NCBI GenBank assembly: GCA_913056435.1
Contig: CAJXMY010000001.1
Span: 1-46,064, forward strand
Origin: an uncultured Hyphomonadaceae bacterium
GTDB taxonomy: Bacteria; Pseudomonadota; Alphaproteobacteria; Caulobacterales; Hyphomonadaceae
Reading direction: 5' to 3'
Length of the DNA: 46,064 nucleotides
Position 1 is the first letter of the stretch. Each line of letters begins with the position of its first letter. Below are positions 11,210 to 20,284 of this stretch, piece after piece. Position numbers and translations under genes: made by a program. A model generated the notes under the pieces. It did no database searches. It saw nothing but the letters and a program-made list of their open reading frames with translations, and was not told the origin of the DNA.

Positions 11210-11923
11210 GGTCTCCCGGCGCTCAGGAACACCGGGCAGCCGCGTCACATCGCCCCGAAAGTCCGGGACAACGAGCCCAGCAGTGAGAATCATTTTCGCC
11301 CCCTCCTCCACAGTCATCTCAAGCTCGATACACTTATCGCGAGCGGTATAAATCAGAAAACCGGACGTGGGGTTCGGGGAGGTCGGGACAAAAACACCAA
11401 TTTTGCCGGCCCCAAGCTTCGCACCGATCTCCCCGCTGGCCTCAGAAGAGACAAATCCGATGCACCAGGATCCCTCTTTTGGATACTGAACCAAGACGCA
11501 GCGGTCGAAACTTGCCTGCTGATTGTTGGCCAGAACCTCGGTCAGTTGCTTGATGGCGGCATAAACATTTTTAACCAGAGGGATCCTGCTGAGGATGCGA
11601 TCTGTCATGGCCAGGGCGGATCGCCCGATCAGGTTTGCCGTGACGGCCCCCAAAATGGTGAGTGCGATGACCAGGACAATAACGCCAAAACCAGGAACGG
11701 CGTAATTGGTATAGGTCTCCGGCTTCAGTAAGGGCGGCAACAAAGGACGCACTTTGCTATCAATAAAAGTGATTAAAAACTGAAGGATAAAGAACGTCGC
11801 CGCCAGCGGCGCTGCAATCACCATCCCAGCGAAAAAGCGGCCCCGGAGCCATGCGAAAAGCCCGGGCTTCTTCGGGGACGAGCCTGTCATGAGAAAATCG
11901 TCTGCTGTCGTCTTCTTCGTCAT
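11177..11923 (-). CDS. DUF502 membrane protein
   Basis: Two transmembrane segments; RIPLVKNVY and VFVPTSPNPTSGF signature. Confidence 0.9.
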   Translation of the reverse strand: MTKKTTADDFLMTGSSPKKPGLFAWLRGRFFAGMVIAAPLAATFFILQFLITFIDSKVRPLLPPLLKPETYTNYAVPGFGVIVLVIALTILGAVTANLIGRSALAMTDRILSRIPLVKNVYAAIKQLTEVLANNQQASFDRCVLVQYPKEGSWCIGFVSSEASGEIGAKLGAGKIGVFVPTSPNPTSGFLIYTARDKCIELEMTVEEGAKMILTAGLVVPDFRGDVTRLPGVPERRETSVAVSEVGAE

Positions 11924-11997
11924 TACAATTCCTTACGCGCAGGGTCCGCCTAACTCTTATCTTGGCCTGCCACCACAATCGGTTAAGTGTGTAGGCC

Positions 11998-12990
11998 ATG
12001 TCTATCACACAAGACTTTAACACGAGTTTGAAAGCGGTTTTTGGGCAAATTTTCGGCGATGATGTGACCTCGCCGAAGATCCGCCGGCTTTCTGGTGGGG
12101 CCAGCCAGGAGACCTGGCATGTGAGCCGGGAGGACAAGAGAGCAATTCTGCGGCGTGCTCCCAATGGAGTGAGCAGAGCAAGGTCATCCGCAGCGATTGG
12201 GTTGGCGAAGGAGGCGCAGCTGATTGAAGCGGCCCGCGAAGCCGGAATACCAGTTCCTGAGGTCCTTCACGTCCTGACCCCGCCGGACGGCCTCGGAGAC
12301 GGCTTTCTGATGAGCCACATCTCTGGCGAAACAATCGCAAGACCAATCTTACGAGATGAACAATTCGCCTCCGCGCGAGAGGCCCTCGCCCAACAATGTG
12401 GTCATGCCCTGGCTGGCATTCATTGCATCCCAACAACGACCTTGCCTGATCTGCCGGAAAGTGGCGGCCTCCAGCAACTCAGCCAGTATGAAGCGATATA
12501 CCGGGGCTTCGGCGTCTCGCGGCCGGTTTTCGAACTTGCCATCGCCTTTCTGCAAGATACTGCGCCAACGGCCGCACCTCTTGTGCTTGTGCATGGGGAT
12601 TTCAGATTGGGAAACCTGATGGTGAACGAATCCGGTCTTGCAGCCATACTGGACTGGGAACTCGCCCATCTGGGCGATCCGCGTGAAGATCTCGCGTGGA
12701 TCTGCGTCAACTCCTGGCGTTTTGGCCAGAGCCAGAACCGAGTGGGGGGCTTCGGCCAAATCGAGGACTTTCTGGCCGCTTATCATGAGGCGGGTGGAGC
12801 GGCCTTCACACCTAAAGATATTGATTGGTGGGAAATGCTCGGTTCCCTGAAATGGGGTATCATGTGCATGATCATGTACGAAGCTTTTCGGTCAGGAGCA
12901 GATCCCAGCGTTGAACGCGCCGCCATCGGTCGCCGGGTTTCCGAAACGGAAATGGATCTTCTGAATTTGTTGGAGGCCCACAATGCATAA
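11998..12990 (+). CDS. APH-family phosphotransferase (ACAD10/11 kinase-like, LvaA-like)
   Basis: LSGGASQET loop, HGDFRLGN, LDWELAHLGDPREDL. Confidence 0.9.
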   Translation: MSITQDFNTSLKAVFGQIFGDDVTSPKIRRLSGGASQETWHVSREDKRAILRRAPNGVSRARSSAAIGLAKEAQLIEAAREAGIPVPEVLHVLTPPDGLGDGFLMSHISGETIARPILRDEQFASAREALAQQCGHALAGIHCIPTTTLPDLPESGGLQQLSQYEAIYRGFGVSRPVFELAIAFLQDTAPTAAPLVLVHGDFRLGNLMVNESGLAAILDWELAHLGDPREDLAWICVNSWRFGQSQNRVGGFGQIEDFLAAYHEAGGAAFTPKDIDWWEMLGSLKWGIMCMIMYEAFRSGADPSVERAAIGRRVSETEMDLLNLLEAHNA

Positions 12991-13366
12991 TCAGCCCAGC
13001 GTCGCAGAACTCCTCCAGGCCGTGAAATCATTTATCGATGAGACCGCTACGCCCAATTTATCAGGGCATGCCGCATTCCATGCGCGCGTGGCCTCCAATG
13101 TTCTGGGAACAGCCCTGCGCGACCTTGCGGATCGTCCAGCGAACGACTCCGCTGAACGTGGGCGTTTGGTGGCCTTGCTTACATCCCTCCCTGAGGCAGA
13201 CCTGGACAGCCTGAATGAAATTTTATGTCAAAAGATCCGCAACAGGGAACTTAGCTCGGAGTCACCCGGCCTGTTGAACCACCTTAAACAAACAACGATG
13301 GCGCAGCTCCGCGTAGACCAGCCACATTATTCCGGCTTAAGAACAGCAGAAAATGCGGGTGATTAG
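12983..13366 (+). CDS. DUF6285 (LvaB-like) small helical protein
   Basis: QPSVAELL...FHARVASNVL...LRVDQPHY pattern; overlaps the phosphotransferase stop. Confidence 0.78.
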   Translation: MHNQPSVAELLQAVKSFIDETATPNLSGHAAFHARVASNVLGTALRDLADRPANDSAERGRLVALLTSLPEADLDSLNEILCQKIRNRELSSESPGLLNHLKQTTMAQLRVDQPHYSGLRTAENAGD

Positions 13367-13378
13367 CGCACTTCCGCA

Positions 13379-14323
13379 TCAGGCAGAGCAGCTGCCGCCG
13401 CCCAGAACACAGAAGCTGGCGCAAAAGGGGTGATTCAGGGCGACGTCCTTCCGGCTGTCTGACAGGGTTGATCCCAGCTCGAAGTCCGACAGATATGGCA
13501 GAAGTGTACAGGCCACGACCGCAGAGCTTTCCTGCCCCTTACGTTTAACAACCATGCGCTGGGATGCGCACATCAGTTCCGCAGGGTCCTTTCCAAGAAT
13601 ACCCCAGCAGGCCGTTGTAATTTCCGGTGGGTCATCATTGGCCTTCATTTCCGGGAAGATGACTAACTGGGTCGGATCTAAAGGATCTACAGGGAGCCCA
13701 AGCTGCTTGATCAGATCCCCAAATCCGGCTCGCGCCTGAACATCACTCTCTTCCCAGAGGCTCCGGCCCGCGAGCGTGATGCTGAACCCATTCTCCGCAA
13801 GCCATCTCAACCCTCTCAAGGTGAGCTCGAAAGCTCCTGCCCCACGCTCCTCATCATGAAAGGTTTGCGTATAGTGATCTAAGCTCACACGCAGCGTGAG
13901 GGCTGGACCGTATTCTTCCAACAGTTCCATAAGGCCGGCCTTGATCCGCGGTCTCATCATGGGTTGCATGGCATTGGTCAGAATAAGAACGCGATGCCCA
14001 CGTGCGAGCGCCGCCCGAACCATATCAAGGCACTCTGGCGCCATGAACGGTTCCCCTCCGGTGAACCCGATTTCAATACCCGTCTCGCCGGCCGCCTCCA
14101 ATTCATCCAAGTATGGCAGAATATCGGTCAGGGTGAGATAAACCAGCCGCTCATTTGTTGGCGAACTTTCAATATAGCAGTTCACACATTCAATATTGCA
14201 GAGGGTCCCAGTGTTAAACCACAGGGTTTGAGTGCCACCATAAATCACAGAGGCCCGTTCTTCCCCGGTCGCTGTAATGGTCGGGTGATCAAATTTTTTC
14301 AGATTGCTGTTTGGATCTGACAT
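13379..14323 (-). CDS. Radical SAM protein with Cys-rich C-terminus
   Basis: CNIECVNC (CxxxCxxC), FTGGEP, LTN and RVSLD motifs; six more cysteines in the C-terminal part; start at 14323 or 14338. Confidence 0.9.
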   Translation of the reverse strand: MSDPNSNLKKFDHPTITATGEERASVIYGGTQTLWFNTGTLCNIECVNCYIESSPTNERLVYLTLTDILPYLDELEAAGETGIEIGFTGGEPFMAPECLDMVRAALARGHRVLILTNAMQPMMRPRIKAGLMELLEEYGPALTLRVSLDHYTQTFHDEERGAGAFELTLRGLRWLAENGFSITLAGRSLWEESDVQARAGFGDLIKQLGLPVDPLDPTQLVIFPEMKANDDPPEITTACWGILGKDPAELMCASQRMVVKRKGQESSAVVACTLLPYLSDFELGSTLSDSRKDVALNHPFCASFCVLGGGSCSA

Positions 14324-14370
14324 GAGACCATCCCCCATTGCGTTACCGAAGACCTAGGTTCCCGCTCTTG

Positions 14371-14565
14371 TTAATTGAGCGTATCCAGCTCCGGTCCCTC
14401 CTCTATCCACCTAATGACTGCATCCCAGTGCGCCAGAGCTTCTGCATCTCCACTGGCAGCAACTTCGGCCGCGCGCAGGGTCGCAATCACCCCAGCATCA
14501 TCACCGTATTGACGAAGCAGCACCATCGCCGCCGTTTGCACGCTGCTTTGTCGTCCCGCGGTCAT
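14371..14565 (-). CDS. Small hypothetical protein (64 aa)
   Basis: ATG at 14565 overlaps the TGA of the upstream gene (ATGA coupling) and has a GGAG SD; helical AMVLLRQYGDDA...W pattern. Confidence 0.7.
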   Translation of the reverse strand: MTAGRQSSVQTAAMVLLRQYGDDAGVIATLRAAEVAASGDAEALAHWDAVIRWIEEGPELDTLN

Positions 14566-15293
14566 CTCCAGTGCTCCGAAATCCAAGGGGTCGGCCGGAC
14601 ATGTTTGTAGATCTTTTTGTGAAAAGGGGCCTTCCACTTTCCATCGCGAGCTTCATCTGGGTCAGGCCGGCCTGTAAAGGCTACGATCTTCGTTTCCTTA
14701 GGCAAACGAGGTGTTTGCAGCCAATTCATAGGGAACCGGGGCAATAGGGAATGTTTGAAAGAAACACACCACTGTTCGGGCCAGTATATTTTTTCTGGGG
14801 TCATGGCCGAAACATACTGCTGACTTGCCCGGAACTGGGCATGGATCGAAGCACTGTCCCGCTGATACTTTTCAAAAATCTCAGTGTGCTGCCCCACGAC
14901 CCATTTGTAGACAGATGTGTTGCCAATGCCCATTCCCATCTGGGTCCAGTTCTCTGCGATACAGAAGCGCCCCGGTGAAAACTCGAAGAATGGGTCGAGA
15001 GATCCAGTGATGATCAGATCAACATCGAGAAACAAAACCTCGCCTTCAAGACCGCCGAGCTCATCCTGCCAGAGAGAAATCTTTCGCCAAGGCAACAAGG
15101 AATAGCGTTCTGGCAAGTTGATCGGGGGCAAGGGCTGGTACTCGACTTCGGGTCGCAACCCATCGCGATCATCTGTAAAACACACAAATCTAAGATCGCC
15201 GGTCAGGTTGCGGCGAACCATGCTGTATAGCCGATTAGCGAAGTCCGCCGGGTAACGCTTTCCCCACTTCATACAGATTACGGTCCTCGTCAT
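14562..15293 (-). CDS. Putative GT-A fold glycosyltransferase
   Basis: CMKWG, FVCFTD, WRKISL, LFLDVD (DxD), NTSV and FTGRPDP motifs. Confidence 0.82.
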   Translation of the reverse strand: MTRTVICMKWGKRYPADFANRLYSMVRRNLTGDLRFVCFTDDRDGLRPEVEYQPLPPINLPERYSLLPWRKISLWQDELGGLEGEVLFLDVDLIITGSLDPFFEFSPGRFCIAENWTQMGMGIGNTSVYKWVVGQHTEIFEKYQRDSASIHAQFRASQQYVSAMTPEKIYWPEQWCVSFKHSLLPRFPMNWLQTPRLPKETKIVAFTGRPDPDEARDGKWKAPFHKKIYKHVRPTPWISEHWR

Positions 15294-15379
15294 GGGTTCT
15301 GCGTAATTAAATTTTCACGGCAGGACCAGATCGCAACTGGTCGGAAAATGAAAAATTCCGCTAATTTGGAAAATGACGT

Positions 15380-15407
15380 GCATCCAAATTCAACGAACAC
15401 TCGTATT
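15380..15407 (+). promoter_or_regulatory. RpoE (ECF11, sigmaE-ChrR)-type promoter of the photolyase operon
   Basis: GCATCC-N16-CGTATT, with the same spacing and -10 core as the TGATCC-N16-CGTATCT site at 21520-21548; lies upstream of known RpoE regulon gene types. Confidence 0.65.
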
Positions 15408-15443
15408 AAGAGTATCAAAAAAGCGCCATGAGGGGGAACGACG

Positions 15444-16895
15444 ATCAGCGCGCACCGAACTATTGTCTGGTTTCGACAGGATCTGCGACTGACGGACAAT
15501 CCGGCGCTCAGCGCCGCGGTTGCCCGCGGCGAGGTTGTTTGCCTGTTTATACTTGAGCAGGATGACCGACTTCGGGAGCCGGGCGGCGCTAAGGCTTGGT
15601 GGCTGGACAAGTCCCTGCGAGCCCTTGCCGCCGACATCGAAAACCTTGGCGGGCAACTGGTTCTTCGAAGAGGCCAACCGAAGACAGTTCTGGATGCCCT
15701 CCTGCAGGAAACCAATGCGGATGCGCTCTACTGGAACCGGCGTTATGGCGGTTCCGAACGTGCGGTCGATACCGAAATCAAAAGCTATTTCACGGCCCGC
15801 AGCATAGAGGTCGACAGCTTCAATGGAACCTTGCTGACAGAGCCGTGGACAGTCAGAACAGGCACCGGGTCCTACTACAAGGTCTTTACACCATATTGGA
15901 AAGCGGTCCGGGCGCTTTACGCTCCGCCGCCTCCACAACCTCGTCTAGAGAGTCTTCAGGCCTCTCAAAAACTGAACACGGACAATCTCGACGCGTGGCA
16001 GCTCCACCCCCACAAACCTGACTGGTCGGACGGTCTATCGTCAGCCTGGAGGCCCGGCGAGGCGGGCGCCAAAGACCGACTCGGTGCATTTTTGCAGAAA
16101 GGGATCGGTTTCTACGACCGTCACCGCAACCGGCCTGACCTGGACCACGGCACGTCCCGCCTGTCGCCGCATTTAGCATGGGGCGAAATCGCGCCATCAA
16201 CAATCTGGCGCGCGGTCCAGCATCACATTTCAGCGCACGAGGCCGACGTTGATGGAGCCATGGTGTTTCTTTCAGAGCTGGTTTGGAGAGATTTTGCCTA
16301 TGTCCTGCTATTTCATAAGCCCAACCTCGCCATCGAGAATTATAATCAGGACTTTGACCTCATGCCCTGGCGGGCCAGCGAGACAGATTTGCTTGCCTGG
16401 CAACAAGGACAGACCGGATACCCCATTGTGGACGCCGGCATGCGCGAACTCTGGACAACCGGCTGGATGCACAACCGCGTCAGAATGATCGTGGCATCAT
16501 TTCTGACCAAGCACCTGCTACTGCCGTGGCAGCATGGCGAGACGTGGTTTTGGGACACGCTCGTTGATGCCGACGCGGCCTCGAATTCAGCCAGCTGGCA
16601 GTGGACCGCCGGGAGTGGAGCGGATGCCGCGCCCTATTTCCGCGTCTTTAACCCAATTAGTCAGGGCGAAAAATTTGATGAAACCGGCGACTATGTCCGC
16701 AAATGGTGCCCTGAACTTTCCAGGCTGCCCGGAAAATATCTTTACGCACCCTGGAAGGCCGATCCCGTAACGTTGGCCAAGGCCGGCATTCGGCTGGGTC
16801 ACACCTACCCGGCGCCGATCATTGAGCACACAGCGGGTCGCCAAAGAGCCCTGGATGCCTATGCCACACTCAAACGAAGGCGTGACGCCGCATGA
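15444..16895 (+). CDS. phrB: Deoxyribodipyrimidine (CPD) photolyase, class I/III; probable non-canonical start
   Basis: The frame is open from 15432 and encodes IVWFRQDLRLTDNPAL (15462 onward), SRLSPHLAWGE, TGYPIVDAGMR, GWMHNRVRM and WQW. The track start at 15831 omits the N-terminal domain. Confidence 0.93.
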   Translation: MSAHRTIVWFRQDLRLTDNPALSAAVARGEVVCLFILEQDDRLREPGGAKAWWLDKSLRALAADIENLGGQLVLRRGQPKTVLDALLQETNADALYWNRRYGGSERAVDTEIKSYFTARSIEVDSFNGTLLTEPWTVRTGTGSYYKVFTPYWKAVRALYAPPPPQPRLESLQASQKLNTDNLDAWQLHPHKPDWSDGLSSAWRPGEAGAKDRLGAFLQKGIGFYDRHRNRPDLDHGTSRLSPHLAWGEIAPSTIWRAVQHHISAHEADVDGAMVFLSELVWRDFAYVLLFHKPNLAIENYNQDFDLMPWRASETDLLAWQQGQTGYPIVDAGMRELWTTGWMHNRVRMIVASFLTKHLLLPWQHGETWFWDTLVDADAASNSASWQWTAGSGADAAPYFRVFNPISQGEKFDETGDYVRKWCPELSRLPGKYLYAPWKADPVTLAKAGIRLGHTYPAPIIEHTAGRQRALDAYATLKRRRDAA

Positions 16896-18214
16896 AACGA
16901 ATAGCGATAATAGGATCAGGGATCTCAGGTCTGGGGGCCGCTTACGCATTGAAGGACCGCGCCGACATAACGGTCTTCGAGGCAAATGACCGTGCGGGGG
17001 GACACGCCCATACGATGGCGATCGACTACGACGGGACCCCGCTAACGGTCGATGTAGGATTCATTGTTTATAACGGCCTTAACTACCCGAATTTAATATC
17101 ATTTTTTGAAAATCTAGGTGTCCCGACCGAGCTCAGTGACATGAGCTTCGCGGTCTCGAACCCGGATGGTTTTGAATGGGCCTCTACCATCAAAGGTCTG
17201 TTCGCCCAGAAACGAAATCTGCTCCGGCCCCGATTTCATCGGTTCTGGCGGACCATACTCCGTTTCAATGATATCGCGCGCGCTGAACTGGAAGCTGGCA
17301 GAATTGACGATATGCCACTGGGCTTCTGGCTGGAGAAATTCAACTTTGGGGAGGATTTTGTCGAGAATTATATCCTGCCCATGGGAGGCGCGATCTGGTC
17401 GACGCCCGAAGCAGAGATGCTGGATTATCCGGCGCTCAGCCTGTTTCGTTTTTTTGAAAACCACCGCCTTATGCACAGAGAGCGCCCGCAATGGAGAACG
17501 GTTACGGGTGGATCAAAATCCTATGTCGACAAGGTGGCCAAGGTACTCGGCCCCCGTCTGCGCCTGTCCTCTCCGGTCCGCTCAGTGTCACCTTTTGGGG
17601 ATAGAGTGCAGCTGGTTGGACCAGATGGAACTCAGGATGTCTTCGATGAAGTTATTCTGGCAACCCATTCAGACACAAGCCGCGCCATTTTGGCCGAACA
17701 CTACGACGATGTGCGGTTCCTCCTTGGGTCCGTGCGGTACCGCGAAAACCAGATCTTTCTGCATCGCGACCCGGACCTAATGCCTCACCGTCGTCGCGCT
17801 TGGGCCAGCTGGAATGTCCTCAAACAGGCGCAACCCGACATCTGCCTGACTTACTGGATGAACCGACTGCAAAATCTGCCTCGCCAACATCCTGTTTTCG
17901 TGACCCTAAATCCTGAGGCTCCGCCGAGGCCCGAGCTGACATTTGCCCGGATGACCAAGTCGCACCCCCAATTCGACGGTGCTGCCGAAGCGGCTGTCAG
18001 ATCTCTTAAGCGCCGTCAGGGCCAGGACCATATCTGGCTGGCCGGCGCCTGGATGGGAAGCGGCTTTCACGAAGACGGGTTGAAATCCGGCCTATCATGC
18101 GGCCTGTCCCTCGGTGGAACGGTTCCATGGAAAACAAAGAATATCGAAATAATCACACCGATGACGGATCCTGTTCAATCTGATAAAGTGAAGACTGGAG
18201 TACTTCAGTCGTGA
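16892..18214 (+). CDS. FAD-dependent amine-oxidase-like oxidoreductase (UfaD/RSP_1091-like fatty acid desaturase)
   Basis: IAIIGSGISGL, GGHAHT, VDVGFIVYN, SDMSF and GFHEDG motifs; followed by DUF1365 and a cfa-like gene. Confidence 0.88.
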   Translation: MKRIAIIGSGISGLGAAYALKDRADITVFEANDRAGGHAHTMAIDYDGTPLTVDVGFIVYNGLNYPNLISFFENLGVPTELSDMSFAVSNPDGFEWASTIKGLFAQKRNLLRPRFHRFWRTILRFNDIARAELEAGRIDDMPLGFWLEKFNFGEDFVENYILPMGGAIWSTPEAEMLDYPALSLFRFFENHRLMHRERPQWRTVTGGSKSYVDKVAKVLGPRLRLSSPVRSVSPFGDRVQLVGPDGTQDVFDEVILATHSDTSRAILAEHYDDVRFLLGSVRYRENQIFLHRDPDLMPHRRRAWASWNVLKQAQPDICLTYWMNRLQNLPRQHPVFVTLNPEAPPRPELTFARMTKSHPQFDGAAEAAVRSLKRRQGQDHIWLAGAWMGSGFHEDGLKSGLSCGLSLGGTVPWKTKNIEIITPMTDPVQSDKVKTGVLQS

Positions 18215-19023
18215 CCTGTTCCACCGCCCCCATACGTTTGCTGAGGGGACAGACAATACATCAAAGGTCGAAGCCGTTTCGTCATAGATTCCGGTACGGT
18301 CTAAACTTGATAGATATTGATCTTGGGAATCTCGACGCTGCAGATCGCAAAGCTGCACTCTTCAGTGTGGACCGAGCGAATTTGTTCTCTTTTCGTCGCA
18401 AAGATCATGGACCAAAGGATGGAAGTTGCCTCAAATCATGGGCACAGAAAGTCTTCACAGCCGGTGGCCTACGCTGTTCTCTGAAACGACTTCGTCTGGT
18501 CACCTTTCCTCGACACGCATTTTATAAGTTTGCGCCGATATCATTATGGCTGGCCTATGACGAGGTCGGCGCTCTTCAGGGTGTCATTTATGAAGTAAAC
18601 AATACCTTCGGTGAAACGCATACCTATGTCGCCGGGACTCAGGAAGCAGACCGTTATCATCGCCATGACGCCAAAAAAGCGTTTCATGTTTCGCCCTTTT
18701 TCGATGTTACCGGACGGTACAAATTTACACTTCGTCAGACATCAACCACGCTTCGCCTTATCGTTGCGACCTATGTCGATGGACGCCAGACCCACGTCGC
18801 GACGATACAGGTGGCCGAGCGCCGGGCGACCAGTCTGGCACTTCTTGGCATCGCTCTTTTTCGTCCCTTCTCTTCCCTGAGCGTTACGATGGCCATCCAC
18901 TGGCAAGCCCTAAAGCTTTGGACGAAAGGCGCCAAATATCACAGCAAGCCAGACACCCCGGACACCTCCATAACCGTGGCATCTAGACAGCATTCTGGCA
19001 TTATAAGGGAGACTGCCGCATGA
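18211..19023 (+). CDS. DUF1365 protein (UfaO/RSP_1090-like)
   Basis: HRFRY, YEVNNTFGETH, KAFHVSPFF and IHWQALKLW motifs; GTG start overlaps the upstream stop. Confidence 0.9.
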   Translation: MTCSTAPIRLLRGQTIHQRSKPFRHRFRYGLNLIDIDLGNLDAADRKAALFSVDRANLFSFRRKDHGPKDGSCLKSWAQKVFTAGGLRCSLKRLRLVTFPRHAFYKFAPISLWLAYDEVGALQGVIYEVNNTFGETHTYVAGTQEADRYHRHDAKKAFHVSPFFDVTGRYKFTLRQTSTTLRLIVATYVDGRQTHVATIQVAERRATSLALLGIALFRPFSSLSVTMAIHWQALKLWTKGAKYHSKPDTPDTSITVASRQHSGIIRETAA

Positions 19024-20282
19024 GCTATACCACGCTGGGCACGATATCGGTTCCAAGCCAACCCGATCCAATTCGGGCAACCTCAACGAAACTCCGTCAA
19101 CTCAAGGGAGTACCAACGAGTTTCCGACTGGCAGGCATGATCCTGCTGGGGGCCAAACGAGGTTCCTTGCGGTTCATTTTACCGGATGATCGACAAGTCC
19201 TTTTCGACCATGGAATCGATGGCCCAAATGCGCTTATTCGCATTCACAGCTTTAATTTCATCAAGCGAGCCATGGCCGGGGGCGATGTTGGTTTTGGTGA
19301 GAGCTACATGGATCAGGAGTGGTCCACACCTGATCTCACCTCCGTTTTGCGCTTCTTTTCCAATAATTTCGAAGCGGCTGGTAAACTGGCGGTCGGCGGC
19401 ACCATTGTACGCTGGGTGAATATGGCACGCCACGCCCTGAACAGAAATTCGAAGACGGGGTCTCGGCGCAATATCGAGGCTCATTATGACTTAGGGAATG
19501 ATTTCTACGCCAGCTGGCTGGATGAAACCATGACCTACAGTTCCGCCCTTTATGACAAAGCCGGCTTAAGCCTGCCGGAGGCCCAAACCCGGAAATATGC
19601 CCGTATGGCCGATGAAATTGGCCTTCAGCGGGAACAGAGCGTTCTGGAGATCGGCTGCGGCTGGGGTGGCTTTGCAGAGTACGCCGCTCGAGAACGAGGT
19701 GCAAAGGTGACATGCCTGACCATATCACCTTCACAACGTGACTTCGCTCTGGCCCGCATAAAACGCGCCGGACTTTCCGATCAGGTGGAGATACGCCTGG
19801 AAGATTATCGCGACCATAAAGGCCAGTATGATGGGGTGGTCTCTATCGAAATGTTTGAGGCGGTCGGTGAATCCTACTGGCCGAGTTATTTCAGCAAAGT
19901 GCACGAATGTCTGAAACATGGTGCCAGCGCCGCTCTTCAAATCATCACGATCCAAAATGAATTGTTCGACGCCTATAGAAAGCGTGCCGATTTCATACAG
20001 CGCTATATCTTCCCCGGGGGCATGCTGCCGGGAGAGAGCGCACTCAGAAGCCAAATCGATGCTGCCGGGCTTCGATTTGATGGCGTTCATTATTTTGGGC
20101 CAGACTATGCTGAAACGCTCCGGCACTGGGCGAGGCGTTTCGAAAATCAGTGGACGTCGGTCCGAAAGATGGGGTTCGATGAGCGTTTCAGACGGATGTG
20201 GCGCTTTTACCTTAGCTATTGCGAAGCTGGCTTCGATACCGGGCGGATTAATGTCGGACAGTTCCGGCTATCGAGATCTTGA
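19020..20282 (+). CDS. cfa: Cyclopropane-fatty-acyl-phospholipid synthase family SAM methyltransferase (CfaS/UfaM-like)
   Basis: NIEAHYDLGNDFY, TMTYS, LEIGCGWG, SIEMFEAVG, YIFPGG and YCEAGF motifs. Confidence 0.93.
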   Translation: MSYTTLGTISVPSQPDPIRATSTKLRQLKGVPTSFRLAGMILLGAKRGSLRFILPDDRQVLFDHGIDGPNALIRIHSFNFIKRAMAGGDVGFGESYMDQEWSTPDLTSVLRFFSNNFEAAGKLAVGGTIVRWVNMARHALNRNSKTGSRRNIEAHYDLGNDFYASWLDETMTYSSALYDKAGLSLPEAQTRKYARMADEIGLQREQSVLEIGCGWGGFAEYAARERGAKVTCLTISPSQRDFALARIKRAGLSDQVEIRLEDYRDHKGQYDGVVSIEMFEAVGESYWPSYFSKVHECLKHGASAALQIITIQNELFDAYRKRADFIQRYIFPGGMLPGESALRSQIDAAGLRFDGVHYFGPDYAETLRHWARRFENQWTSVRKMGFDERFRRMWRFYLSYCEAGFDTGRINVGQFRLSRS

Positions 20283-20284
20283 TA

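Noticed and set aside
15831-16895. ORF-track 354-aa photolyase suggesting a truncated pseudogene
   Set aside because: The N-terminal domain is intact and in frame from 15432; only the start codon is atypical.
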